This document shows, one piece after another, positions 1 through 9,862 of a stretch of DNA of 64,000 bases. Made by a program: the position numbers and the translations under genes. The DNA lies in contig CALHXW010000018.1 of NCBI GenBank assembly GCA_938040325.1, positions 1,540 through 65,539 on the forward strand. The letters are read 5' to 3'. The DNA comes from an uncultured bacterium (GTDB taxonomy: Bacteria > Myxococcota_A > UBA9042 > PHBI01). Numbering within the stretch: the stretch's first letter is position 1; every line of letters starts with the position of its first letter. The notes below the pieces were generated by a model. It was not told the origin of the DNA. It saw only the letters and a program-made list of their open reading frames with translations, and made no database searches.

Positions 1-2325
1 CGCAGCCGCTTGAGATATCGCACGGTGCGCAGTGGTCCGTGTCGGTGATAGCGACCGCCTCGCAGCTTCCCGGTGGCGCGATGACGTACTTGCCGAGACC
101 GAGCACACGACCACGAATGACGCCGTTGGGAGGGGGCTCCAGCTGGTCGCCGCCGCCGCCGCCATCCGCCGGTGGCGGCGGCACCGGGTTCTGACGAAGG
201 AAGATGGTCACGTTGCGCCCGTCGAAGTGAACGACGGAGTGGGCGGTGAAGCCCGCTTTCGACGCGGTCACCGTGACCGGGCCGACGAGATCAGGCTCAC
301 TGAGCGTGACCTGGCCGTTGTCATTGGTTAGCCCTGTCATCGATGACCCGCCGTCGCGCTCGAGGAGCACGAACGCCCCAGGCACCGCGCCGTAGCCCGA
401 GTATCCGCGGACCGTCACGTGGAGCGACTCATCGATCGGTCCACCCCAGACGCCGCCACGCGCGCCGCGTGGGTTGTAGACGGTGACGGCATCTTCGAGC
501 CGCACGGTCTTGCCGTCGCTCGACACGCTTGCGTCGTGCACATCCACCTCAAGCTGTGGACTTCGAACATGCAGCTCCGCAGGGGAGACGCGCTCGATCA
601 CGTCACAGGCAATCCCACCGATACGAACTTCTGTCTCTGGACCAAAGCCTGTTCCGAACACGCGGACATATGTGCCGCCGGGACTGGCAATGACGGCTGG
701 AGACACAAGCGCAAGCGAGAGGCCGTCTGATGCATAGTCGAAGGCCCCAGCAAGGGTCGCAACCGCGGGGCCAACGCGAACGCTGACGTCGACTCGGCCG
801 GGCGCACCGGGCGGAGACGTCGCGCGGATTTCTGTCGCACTGACCACGTCCACGGCGCTCGCCGGCAGCGCGCCGACCATGACAGACGCACCATCGACGA
901 AACCTGTACCTGTGAGCACGAGCTCGGTGCCCCCGCCCACAGGTCCAGCTTGTGGCTCGACTGCGGTCACCACGAGTTCAGGAGCTGCGTCGTAGCGGAA
1001 CGGAGCAGCCAGCGTGACCTCCGCAAAGGGGGAGGCCACCGTGATGTCGACGTCGCCGCTGCCAGGCGGACTCACGCCGTGGATGACGCCGTTGTCTGCG
1101 TCGACGAACACGTCGACCAGGCTTTCGTCGCCCAGCAGTACCTCCGCGCCGTACTCCAGTCCGTTGCAGCCAATGGTCAGCGCCGTACCGCCTGCGGCCG
1201 CACCGGAGCTCGGAACGGCGTGGGAGCAGCTCAGGATGAACGGGTCGACGTCCGTCGCGTCATAGCTGTAGGCATCATTAAGCGAGCTCGTGCCGAACGC
1301 GTTGCTTGCGACAACATCCACGAGCGTTCCGGCTGAGCCGGCAGGGAGAATAACATCGAGCCACCGCCCGACCGAGTCGCTGGCGATCACCGAAGCTGGC
1401 TTGTCGCCAATGCGTACTAGGCTGTCGCCGGTGAGGCCACGGCCGACGAGTCGCGCTGCTGTGCCTCCGGCAGCGGGGCCACGAACAGGCGTGAGCGAGG
1501 AAATGCTGGGGTTCTCGCGGTAGGTGAAGAGCCCGCTCGCCTCCGCGGTCCCGTTCGGCCCGACGACTTGAACGCGCGCCGGCCCGGGAGCGCCCGGGGG
1601 GACGATGCCGGTGATGCTCTGGTCGTCGATCCGCTCTTGCAGCAGCGCCGGGCGGCCGTCGAAGAATAGCGTCGTCCCAGGGCTAAACCCGCCGCCGCTC
1701 ACCGTGACGCCGATGCCTCCGCTGGTGCGGCTCTCAGCGGGTTGCACGAACGACACGAAGAGGTCAGCGACGTAGCGGAACGCCGAAGGCAGGATGCGCG
1801 GGGCACCATAGTCGATCTCGGGATGAAAGATCGAGACGTCGACCCGACCCGACGGCTGGGGCGGCAGCGTGACAATCGCAGTCGATGTGTTGATGACGAA
1901 CACATCGAGCGCTGGGGAGTCTCCAAACGCGACCTCGAGCCCTGGCGTGAAGCCGTTGCCGCGGATCAGCACGTCCAAGAACCCGGTCACGGGCCCTTCC
2001 GTTGGTTCGATGCTGTCGAGCCTCAGGGTTGGATCGATTGCGGAAGGCGGCGTCTCGTCTGGCTCGTCGGGCTCGTTGCCATCACCCACTGTGATGTCAG
2101 GCGGGGGCGTTGGCGAGCCGTCGCCGAAGGTCGGTCCGTCCCCACACGCTGCCCACGCGAGGCTCAGCGCGAAGACGAGTCGCAGCCCAAGCGATGGGCG
2201 GCTCGATCGCGGGCGCGGACGAACGGACGGCGCGGCGTCGAGCGGCGCAGCGCATCGGCACACGCCGGCCGGCGCAGCGCGAGACCAGCTGTAAGAATCG
2301 GCAGATGTTTGAGGTCTACGGGGCA
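1..2325 (-). CDS. IPT/TIG-repeat cell-surface lipoprotein, partial (runs off the window start)
   Basis: Reverse-complement translation from ATG at 2325-2323 stays open to position 1 (>770 codons). The N-terminus has a lipoprotein-type signal (..LRLVFALSLAWAAC GDG). At least five ~85-aa repeats match the IPT/TIG pattern (PxxGPxxGGTxLxLxGxGFxxGxxVxxGxxPAxxVxVVSxTEIxATxPPGxxGxVDVxV). Spot-checked against the plus strand at 841-960. It is absent from the ORF track because the stop lies outside the window. The start may instead be a downstream GTG. Confidence 0.55.
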
Positions 2326-2604
2326 TCCGGATTGTCCTCAGCAGGCGCCATCGTGTTTCGTTGCGCGCGTGTTTTTTACGTGGGCGGCTGCCTCAATGCG
2401 GACGGCCCGAGCCGCGCCAGCACCGACATCACACTGCCGATTCGCGCATCTCGATGTCAACGACGGGTAGCCGTTCGGAGACGTGCGGCCACCAAGTCGG
2501 TATAGTCCGACGCGAGGAACTGGACACGCGCATCAAAAAAATCTGATCCCCACAGGCTTCAGCGGCAACAGAGCCATATCGAAGCGACTGAGCTGGGAGA
2601 CGCA

Positions 2605-3219
2605 ATGTCCGCCATCGTCGAGCATATGGGCAAAGACACACTACGAACCGCATTCGCCACAGCCGATGCGGCACCCGCCACGAGCGCCACTGAGCAGGTC
2701 GACTTCGACACTGTCTACAGGGAGCAGCGGGGGCGTGTCTTAGCAACCGTCCGCGGTGTGATCGGTGCATCCGACGAGCTTGAGGATGTGGTCCAACAGG
2801 TCTTCATCGAGATTCATCGTTGCCTGCCACGGTTTGAGGGGCGCTCGCGCCTGTCGACCTGGGTCTACCGGATCTCTGTCAACGTGGCGCTCCAGCACTT
2901 GCGCAAGAAAAAGCGGAAGCGCTGGTTGATGCTCGGCTCCGCTGGCGACGAGGATGTCCGGATGGTGGGCGAAGCTGACCCAACCAGTCGGCTCGAAGGC
3001 CGAGCGCTGCTGCGCGAGGTCTATCGCTCCGTCAACAAGCTCCCGGACAAGAAGCGTGTTGTCTGGACGCTGCACGAGCTTCAGGGGCTAGCGCCGCAAC
3101 AGATTGCAGAAGTTCTTGAGATTCCGATGAACACGGTGCGTTCGCGCTTACTCTCAGCGAGAAACTCGCTGCAGCAGGATCTAAAACGACGAGGAATCGT
3201 CGGCGGAGGTCGCTCATGA
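2605..3219 (+). CDS. ECF (sigma-70 family group IV) RNA polymerase sigma factor
   Basis: Region 2 (VVQQVFIEIHRCLPRFEGRSRLSTWVYRISVNVALQHLRKK) and region 4 HTH (LPDKKRVVWTLHELQGLAPQQIAEVLEIPMNTVRSRL) are present, ~200 aa. Stop TGA overlaps the start of the next gene (ATGA). Confidence 0.9.
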   Translation: MSAIVEHMGKDTLRTAFATADAAPATSATEQVDFDTVYREQRGRVLATVRGVIGASDELEDVVQQVFIEIHRCLPRFEGRSRLSTWVYRISVNVALQHLRKKKRKRWLMLGSAGDEDVRMVGEADPTSRLEGRALLREVYRSVNKLPDKKRVVWTLHELQGLAPQQIAEVLEIPMNTVRSRLLSARNSLQQDLKRRGIVGGGRS

Positions 3220-4499
3220 AAGGACCCACGAACAACGAAGAGCAGCACCCGGCAGGTGCGTCGGCCGTCCCTGGTGATTCTTACGACGCACTGCTCGCGT
3301 CGCTGCGCGATGCGCTCGATCAAGAAGCTGGCCTGAGTCCGGAGCAATGGGTCGCCGTCAGGCAGGGCGTCGATGAGCACGCGTCGGTACGACCTGCCCG
3401 ACGTGGATGGGTCCTCGGTGGGCTCGTGGCGGTCGCAGCTGCGGTCGCGCTGGTCGTCGCATTCCAGCAGGCGCCCAAGACCCCCGCCATCGACGGCGGC
3501 GAGGCAGTGGCGACCACACTTGACTTGCCGCTGGCAGCACCTCAGCTCGTTCCAAGCCCTGCAACGATCGCAGGGGAACCCTTCGAGGTGGTGTCCGGAC
3601 AGACGTTGGTCGCAAAGGAGGCGCCGTTGTCACTGAGTGCCTTCGGTCGCCATGACGTTCGACTCTCGACGGGCGCCGTGCTCGACGTCGTGCGCTGGGA
3701 AGCCCAAGGCATGTCCCTGGCGCTGAAGTCAGGCGCGGTCACCTTTGATGTCAGCCGTGACAGCAACGAAGAGCCGTTTCAAGTGACGGCCGGTGGCGCC
3801 CGGGTGACGGTCCTCGGCACCATCTTTACGGTCGCATACCGAGGAGATAGTGCGGTCGAGGTGAGCGTGGCTCATGGCAGAGTGGAAGTCCAAGGCGCCG
3901 ATGGTTCCAAGCAGATCCTCACGCGGGGCAAGTCGGCGGTTGTGCCGACAAGCGTTGTGGTGATGGCGCCACCGACCGCGGCTCCAGCCTCCGATGTCGT
4001 GAGCCCGGTGGTTGCGGCCGTCGAGCCTGCACCGCGGCCGGTCGTGGTCGCCTCATCGAAGACCAAGACGACGTCGGTTCGAGCACCGGCGTCGCGCGCA
4101 CGGCGTTCAGCGAAGTCCAGCGCGAAGCGCACACGTCCGGCGGCGAAGCGTCGCGACACGGTCAAGGTCATCGAGATCGATGCGGGCGCCCAGCGAATGG
4201 AGCGAAACGCGGGTGGCGCGGCGATCGACCTCAAGCGCCACCTTGAGCCCATCGTTCATGCGATGCGCGGCAAGAAGTGTGGGCATGCGCTGCGCGAGCT
4301 GACCAAGGTGAAGCGGGCGCTGGCTCCGCGCACTTCCGCGGACATCACGTACCTGTCGGCCTGGTGCCATCGTCAGCTCGGCAACACCGCCAAGAGCAAG
4401 GCGCTCTTTGCGCGCTACGCGAAGCAGGGCGGTAAGAAATGGGCGATGCCAAAGGGCGACGACGACTTGCCCACGGCGCCGTCCGCATCCCGGCTCTGA
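3216..4499 (+). CDS. Anti-sigma factor with FecR-like periplasmic domain
   Basis: ATGA overlap with the ECF sigma gene. One TM helix (GWVLGGLVAVAAAVALVVAF). FecR-type beta domain (VSGQTLVAKEAPLSLSAFGRHDVRLSTGAVL..VTAGGARVTVLGTIFTV). Pro/Ala/Lys-rich linker and a C-terminal helical region. Confidence 0.75.
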   Translation: MKGPTNNEEQHPAGASAVPGDSYDALLASLRDALDQEAGLSPEQWVAVRQGVDEHASVRPARRGWVLGGLVAVAAAVALVVAFQQAPKTPAIDGGEAVATTLDLPLAAPQLVPSPATIAGEPFEVVSGQTLVAKEAPLSLSAFGRHDVRLSTGAVLDVVRWEAQGMSLALKSGAVTFDVSRDSNEEPFQVTAGGARVTVLGTIFTVAYRGDSAVEVSVAHGRVEVQGADGSKQILTRGKSAVVPTSVVVMAPPTAAPASDVVSPVVAAVEPAPRPVVVASSKTKTTSVRAPASRARRSAKSSAKRTRPAAKRRDTVKVIEIDAGAQRMERNAGGAAIDLKRHLEPIVHAMRGKKCGHALRELTKVKRALAPRTSADITYLSAWCHRQLGNTAKSKALFARYAKQGGKKWAMPKGDDDLPTAPSASRL

Positions 4500-4595
4500 G
4501 CCGGCCTCGGCACAGTGTTGAGCGATGATAGACGACCTTGGGTCGTCCATTTTCGTTTCCGCGAACGTCAGCCCCGGGCACTGTTGTCGTCGGCG

Positions 4596-5528
4596 CTACT
4601 CTTTCTCGGCGGGGATCACGTCCATCTTGTGGCGCTTCGCCCATGCTCGCCACTGCGTGATGTTGTGCATCGTGCGGATGCCCGTGATTCGCTGAAGCGT
4701 TGCGAGGGCTTGGCGTCGAATGCTTGGCAGCGGGTCGTCGAGCCGGTGGAGCGCGAACGGAACGCCACCGGTGTCCTGAAGCGCCGCAAGCGTCAGGAGC
4801 GCTTGTTCACGCACGAATCGGTTGGTGTGGAGCGCGGCCTGACGCACGCCGGGAAGGGCGTGTGGTAGCCGCGCGTCACGGACCAGCTCGATGAGAATGT
4901 CGAGGACGGGCGCAGGGATCGCACCGAGCGCCCCAGACGTTGCGGGGACGAGGTCGGCGAGTGCTTTGCGGTGTGTCCGCGGGTCAGGAGATACCTGGCT
5001 GAGTGCGTAGCGAGCAGCGCCAGAGAGCGCGACGTTTTTGTCCTTGTTGGCGCGCTCGAGGAGTGTGGTTAGCGCGCTGAGCGAGCCGCTGCTCTTACGG
5101 CGGCCGAGGCTTTGGGCCGCGCGAATGGGCACATCCCAGCGTTTGTCCGAGAGCATCCTCTCGAGCGGGGCGATGACAGCTGGCGACTCGATCTGGCCGA
5201 GCAGCTGGATGAGCTTGGTGACCCAGTAGCCATTGGCGCGCGGATTGGCTGCCAGTAGCTTCAAGATTGGCTCAACAGCGTCCGGGCCGTGAGAGAGCAC
5301 GCTTGTGGCCGGCGGGCACCCGGAGATGCGGTTGCATTTGTGGCGGTCTGTGAGCTCGCGGAGCGCGCTCATCAGCGCTGGGTCCACCTCGACGACCTGA
5401 GCTGCCTCGGGGCTGGGTTCGTTGGCGTCAGGTGTTCGTGGCGTGCAGGCTATCCACGACGCGACGACCAAGCTCACGACCACCCATCTGGCGAGCCGTC
5501 TGGCGAGAGCGGACGGAGGGCGACCGAC
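4596..5528 (-). CDS. HEAT-repeat (PBS-lyase-like) secreted/lipoprotein
   Basis: Repeated HEAT-like units (DPLPSIRRQALATLQRI, VRQAALHTNRFVREQALLTLAAL, WDVPIRAAQSLGRR, VALSGAARYALSQV). Signal/lipobox-like segment (RRLARWVVVSLVVASWIAC). The track ORF (to 5795) overlaps the upstream gene's 3' end, so the true start is placed near 5500-5530 (uncertain). Confidence 0.5.
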   Translation of the reverse strand, partial: VGRPPSALARRLARWVVVSLVVASWIACTPRTPDANEPSPEAAQVVEVDPALMSALRELTDRHKCNRISGCPPATSVLSHGPDAVEPILKLLAANPRANGYWVTKLIQLLGQIESPAVIAPLERMLSDKRWDVPIRAAQSLGRRKSSGSLSALTTLLERANKDKNVALSGAARYALSQVSPDPRTHRKALADLVPATSGALGAIPAPVLDILIELVRDARLPHALPGVRQAALHTNRFVREQALLTLAALQDTGGVPFALHRLDDPLPSIRRQALATLQRITGIRTMHNITQWRAWAKRHKMDVIPAEKE

Positions 5529-5547
5529 TGCAGCCGCAGTGGCATCG

Positions 5548-6378
5548 CTAGCCGTCGCAGTGACCTGCGTAGTGCAAGAGTCCAGCGGAGCCTGCGGCGC
5601 TTCCAGGCTCGAAGAGGCCCCAGACCCAGACCCGCCGACCGGCCTGCATCGGCGAGCATGAAAACCCGCAGTTTGTACCGTCGCAAGCGATCGTGTCGGT
5701 GCGAATGGGGAGGAGCACTCGCGAGCCGAGCTCGGAAGTGAGGTCGAGCCAGTACGCGCCGGAGCAGCGCTGGCAGCAGGGGTTGGATGCGTCACACTTG
5801 CGATCTTCGCAGATCATGTCGACGGACACGACCCCTTTCAGCTTCACCGGCGCAAGCCCCAGCATCGGAAGCACTTCTGGAGGCGTCATGGACAGCTCGT
5901 CGCACTGCTGAAGTGAGGCCGGGATGCTGAGATCTCCCAGGCGGCAGACGCCGCCGTCAGCCGGCACAAGCTGGCTTCGCGACTCGACGCAGGTGTAGCC
6001 GTTGGGGCAGGGCGAGCCCGGCTCGCAGACATCGCCCCACTCCTCGCAGCGCTCTGGTGTCAGCACGGGATCGCAGCACAGGTCGATGCGTATCCCGGCG
6101 TCGCACCGCCATGTGGCTGCGACGCACTCGGCCGTTGCGAGCGCCTCTGTCCGTTGGCCGCAGCTTGCGACGCACAGTGGAGCTTCCCCAGCGCACATCG
6201 TGTCGCTGTCAACGCGGGCTGGTGGTTCGTTGTCGCCCAAAGCGTCGCCGCACGCGGAGGTCGCCGTGACCATTAAGAGAGAAGCGAGCCAGCGCCCGAC
6301 GAGGCTTGACCCGCCGGTGACGGTCGTTTCCGGCGTCAGGGATCCGGTTCGATGGGGAAGCGAGGAAATGGCCACCAT
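5548..6378 (-). CDS. Cysteine-rich secreted protein (lipoprotein signal LMVTATSAC)
   Basis: More than 25 Cys in ~250 mature residues (CxxxC, CC, CxC spacings), so probably disulfide-rich and extracytoplasmic. The N-terminal part of the track ORF (to 6624) is Arg-rich junk; the start is trimmed to the Met before the hydrophobic segment (uncertain). Confidence 0.45.
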   Translation of the reverse strand: MVAISSLPHRTGSLTPETTVTGGSSLVGRWLASLLMVTATSACGDALGDNEPPARVDSDTMCAGEAPLCVASCGQRTEALATAECVAATWRCDAGIRIDLCCDPVLTPERCEEWGDVCEPGSPCPNGYTCVESRSQLVPADGGVCRLGDLSIPASLQQCDELSMTPPEVLPMLGLAPVKLKGVVSVDMICEDRKCDASNPCCQRCSGAYWLDLTSELGSRVLLPIRTDTIACDGTNCGFSCSPMQAGRRVWVWGLFEPGSAAGSAGLLHYAGHCDG

Positions 6379-6638
6379 ACCCAACACTGTAGCCTCGGTG
6401 GTGGGCGCTTGGCGACCCTCTCGTGGTCGCAGGCTAGAGATCGGAACCGGAGTTCCGACCGGCGGTCTCTGCGTGAGCCCTCGTCGCATATACCCTCGTC
6501 GCCAACGACACACTCGGCGGAGCGTGTCTCTAGGCAGTATCGACGGAATCCGGTCGGACCTTGAGTGTCGGCTGTGTGCGAGCCGCCTGACACACACGAG
6601 TCTGGGAACCGTCGGGCGGATCACCCACCACGCGGCCG

Positions 6639-7307
6639 TCAGCGAATGAGTCCTTCCATCACGAGCCGCACCAGTCCCTCGGCCGCGGCTGGAGCGTCTT
6701 CGAACCCGCTTCCACGCAGCTGAACTAAGAGGAGTCGCTCGATGGCGCCAATCACCGCTAGCGCGCTGAGCTTGGGCTCGATGTCGCGCAACAGCCCCCG
6801 GCGATGGGCCATCTCAGTGAGGTGGATGGTTTTTTGAGTCAGCGTGTCTGAGAACTCAACGAGCGGTGCGCGTGCACCGACCGCGGGTCCGCGACTCTCC
6901 TGCAGGTACAGCTGAACGACGCCTTCGAACTTGCGAAGCGTCACGACGAGCTCAAGCGCGAGCAGCTTATACGCGGCGGTGATCGCCTGCGCCTCGGTCG
7001 CGAGCGCTAGCTGCCCCTCGCAACGCGTCATCGCGGCTTCGATGGCTTCCGCAAGCGGTTCTAACAGCGCACGGACCAGGTCTTCTTTGTCTGCGAGATA
7101 ACGGTAGAAGTTGCCCTTGGCGGTGCCTGCGCGTTTCGCGATCTCGTCGATCGTCACAACTGCGACGCCGCGCTCAAGCATGATCTCGAGGCCTGCTTGG
7201 CAGAGCGCGTCAGTCCGCATTCGTCGGTTCGTGTCGCGCTTGCCGCCCGCAGGTCCTGGGCGTCGCTGGGGGACATTGCGCGGCGAGTGTCTTCGATCGT
7301 CGGTCAT
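6639..7307 (-). CDS. TetR/AcrR-family transcriptional regulator
   Basis: N-terminal TetR HTH (GVAVVTIDEIAKRAGTAKGNFYRYLADKEDLV), ~200 aa. Divergent from the SDR gene. The real start may be the internal Met (MRTDALCQ..., ~7220). Confidence 0.85.
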   Translation of the reverse strand: MTDDRRHSPRNVPQRRPGPAGGKRDTNRRMRTDALCQAGLEIMLERGVAVVTIDEIAKRAGTAKGNFYRYLADKEDLVRALLEPLAEAIEAAMTRCEGQLALATEAQAITAAYKLLALELVVTLRKFEGVVQLYLQESRGPAVGARAPLVEFSDTLTQKTIHLTEMAHRRGLLRDIEPKLSALAVIGAIERLLLVQLRGSGFEDAPAAAEGLVRLVMEGLIR

Positions 7308-7392
7308 GCGGCCTCATAACACGGAGCGGACCCACACGGGAGCGGCGACCAACCCTCTTTATGGTATGAGGGGCCTTCACCCGGAGGAAGCG

Positions 7393-8205
7393 ATGAGCCT
7401 ACGCGACAAGACCCTATTCATCACCGGCGCGAGCCGGGGTATCGGCAAAGAGATTGCGCTGAAAGCCGCCGCCGACGGAGCGAACGTCGTGATCGCAGCG
7501 AAAACGGCTGAGCCCCATCCGAAGCTGCCTGGCACCGTGTTTTCCTCGGCTGCTGACGTCGAGGAAGCAGGCGGCAAGGCACTGCCGCTCGTCGTCGACA
7601 TCCGAGACGAGGCGCGTGTCGAGAGTGCCGTCGCGGAGGCCGTCGAGCGTTTCGGCGGTATCGATATCCTCGTCAACAACGCGAGCGCGATCTTCCTTCA
7701 GGGCACGCTTCAGACGCCGGCCAAGCGCTTCGACCTCATGCATCAGGTCAACGTTCGCGGGACCTACATCTGTTCGCGCGCCTGCTTGCCCCACCTGCTC
7801 AAAGCGGAAAACCCCCACATCCTCAACATTTCCCCGCCGCTCTCACTCAAGCCCAAATGGTTCAAAAACCACGTGGCGTACACGATGGCGAAGTACGGCA
7901 TGAGCATGTGCGTGCTTGGCATGGCTGCCGAGTTCGATGGACGCGTTGGGGTCAATGCACTGTGGCCACGCACGGCGATCGCAACTGCAGCCGTGAGCAT
8001 GCTGGGAGGCAAGGCCATGATGGCGATGTCTCGAACGCCTGCGATCATGGCCGATGCCGCGTACGCGATCCTTACCCAGCCGAAGACCGAGACCGGCAAC
8101 TTCTACATCGACGACGACGTGCTCGCTGCCAATGGGATGACCGACTTCGACCACTATGCGGTCGACCCGACCAAGCAGCTTGCTCCTGACTTCTTCCTCG
8201 ACTGA
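7393..8205 (+). CDS. Short-chain dehydrogenase/reductase (SDR family, HSDL2-like)
   Basis: GGAGG Shine-Dalgarno 5 nt before ATG 7393. TGASRGIGKEIA NAD(P)-binding motif, NNAS, catalytic YxxxK (YTMAKYG). The track ORF from 7111 is an upstream extension. Confidence 0.9.
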   Translation: MSLRDKTLFITGASRGIGKEIALKAAADGANVVIAAKTAEPHPKLPGTVFSSAADVEEAGGKALPLVVDIRDEARVESAVAEAVERFGGIDILVNNASAIFLQGTLQTPAKRFDLMHQVNVRGTYICSRACLPHLLKAENPHILNISPPLSLKPKWFKNHVAYTMAKYGMSMCVLGMAAEFDGRVGVNALWPRTAIATAAVSMLGGKAMMAMSRTPAIMADAAYAILTQPKTETGNFYIDDDVLAANGMTDFDHYAVDPTKQLAPDFFLD

Positions 8206-8380
8206 GCGCTTCTCCGGGGCGGGCGGGATGAGCCCGAGAGCGACTCATGGTCGGTCTGCTCGTCCTTCATGGGGCCCAGAATCCCTGGGTTTTAGCGCGC
8301 CTGCTCGGATCGGCTTGGGCTTTCCGGACAGGGTTTTGCGCTCACGCGCACCCCACACACCGCGTTTCCCTGCGATGCTG

Positions 8381-9862
8381 TTAGCGCTTAAGCACCGCGT
8401 GGGCTGCGAGCCGGCCAGGCCCACCCGTGAGTCCACCACCAGGATGGGTTGACGAGCCTCCGAGGTAGAGTCCCTCAATCGGTGTGGCGTGGTGGCCGCA
8501 GTCGATGGACGGTCTCATGAACAAGAGCTGGTCGGGTGCGTGCTCACCGTGATGAATGTGGCCACCGTCCACGCCATACTGTGACTCGATGTCGGTGGGG
8601 ACGAGCAGCCGGTGGGCCTCGATCGTGTCTGACAGACCCGGCAGGCTCTCGTTGAGGACAGCGAGCGTGCGTGCGAGCAGCGTCTCACGTGCATCGTCGG
8701 TCCAGCCGCCGTCGATGGTGTAGGGGGCAGCGTGAATGAGGACGGATCCGGTGGCCTTGCCCTGGGGTGCGCTCTGCCCCGTGAAGAAGCGGGCGATGAC
8801 CGCGGGTCGGTCGGGCACACGGCGGTGCTTTGCGGCATCAAACGCTTTCTCAAGCTCAGCCAAAGACGTGCCGCTGCGGAGCTCTTCAACGGGTGCTCCT
8901 GCGCTGGTCGAAGGCGCGGTGGAGAGTGCGAGATCGAGCTTGGCAGTGGTTCCGCGGACTCGCCACGTCCGAGACGCCGCAACCAGCTTGTGGGGAGCTG
9001 CAACGTGGCCAACCAAGCCGACGATGGTCTGGCGAGGACTCAGCGTGGACACAACGGCACTGGCTTTTCGCTCTTCACCGCTGGCAAGGGTCACGCCTGT
9101 GACGCGGTCGCCCTCCACGTTGATCGTCGCGACGCGCTCGCCAAGACGGATGGTTGCCCCCTTGGCCTTGGCCGCAGCTATGAGCGCATCGACGACCGCG
9201 GCCGGTCCGCCTACAACCTCATCATTGGACAAGCACTCCCGCACGAGCAGGTTGGTCGCCGTGTGTGACGACCAGGGCCCTGTGAACAGGCCGTCGAGCG
9301 CGGGCTGAGCGATAGCAGCCATGACCGGCTCGGATGCGAACTCGTCGCGCATCCAGTCAGAGACAGCCTTGGGTGCGACCTGGAGCAGGTGGATCATCCG
9401 GTCTGCGCCGAGTCGCCGCACGGCCCAGCCCGTTCGGAACAGCGACCAAAGGCTTCCGCGAGGGTCGATGGCTGGGCTGTCCATGAGCTGTTCGATGACA
9501 CCCCGCACTTCGTTGACGAAGCGACGAAACGCAACAAGCCCGCTGGCATCTGTCGGGGTTGCGCCCTCGAGCGTGTCACCGATACGAAGCAGTCCGCCTG
9601 CACCATCGGGTGCGCAGACCGTCGGTCGGGGGCGGCGCTCAAGCGACAGCCCGAGTTCTTTGACGACCGATGGCCGCAGCCGTGACGCGTCGTGAAGCAG
9701 GCCGACGGTTGAAAATCCTTCCGCAAACGTCTCGCGAGCGGCAAGACCGCCGACAACGTCACGAGCTTCGATGATCTCGACCTGGCGACCGGCCGCTGCG
9801 AGCAGCGCGCCCGCGACCAAGCCGTTGTGCCCTGCGCCGACAATGATAACCCGCTGACTCAT
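8381..9862 (-). CDS. FAD-dependent oxidoreductase, phytoene-desaturase (CrtI/PYROXD2-like) family
   Basis: N-terminal Rossmann motif MSQRVIIVGAGHNGLVAGALLAAAGRQVEIIEARDVVGG, ~490 aa. Start ATG 9862 overlaps the stop of the upstream paralog (ATGA). Confidence 0.85.
   Translation of the reverse strand: MSQRVIIVGAGHNGLVAGALLAAAGRQVEIIEARDVVGGLAARETFAEGFSTVGLLHDASRLRPSVVKELGLSLERRPRPTVCAPDGAGGLLRIGDTLEGATPTDASGLVAFRRFVNEVRGVIEQLMDSPAIDPRGSLWSLFRTGWAVRRLGADRMIHLLQVAPKAVSDWMRDEFASEPVMAAIAQPALDGLFTGPWSSHTATNLLVRECLSNDEVVGGPAAVVDALIAAAKAKGATIRLGERVATINVEGDRVTGVTLASGEERKASAVVSTLSPRQTIVGLVGHVAAPHKLVAASRTWRVRGTTAKLDLALSTAPSTSAGAPVEELRSGTSLAELEKAFDAAKHRRVPDRPAVIARFFTGQSAPQGKATGSVLIHAAPYTIDGGWTDDARETLLARTLAVLNESLPGLSDTIEAHRLLVPTDIESQYGVDGGHIHHGEHAPDQLLFMRPSIDCGHHATPIEGLYLGGSSTHPGGGLTGGPGRLAAHAVLKR

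Noticed and set aside
1742-2505. Plus-strand ORFs 1742-2470, 1869-2294, 2110-2505
   Set aside because: They are superseded by the minus-strand IPT/TIG lipoprotein frame, which is open for >2.3 kb with clear domain repeats. The plus-strand products are Arg-rich low-complexity.
2516-2547. GGAAC ... TCTGA resembling a sigmaE-type -35/-10 upstream of the ECF sigma gene
   Set aside because: The spacer between elements is ~22 nt, far from the 16-17 nt typical of ECF promoters. Kept only as a weak note.
8515-9843. ORFs 8515-9012(-), 8732-9308(+), 9321-9695(+), 9394-9843(-) inside or opposite the FAD-oxidoreductase gene
   Set aside because: They are alternative-frame or antisense artefacts of a well-supported flavoenzyme CDS with Rossmann motif and ATGA coupling.
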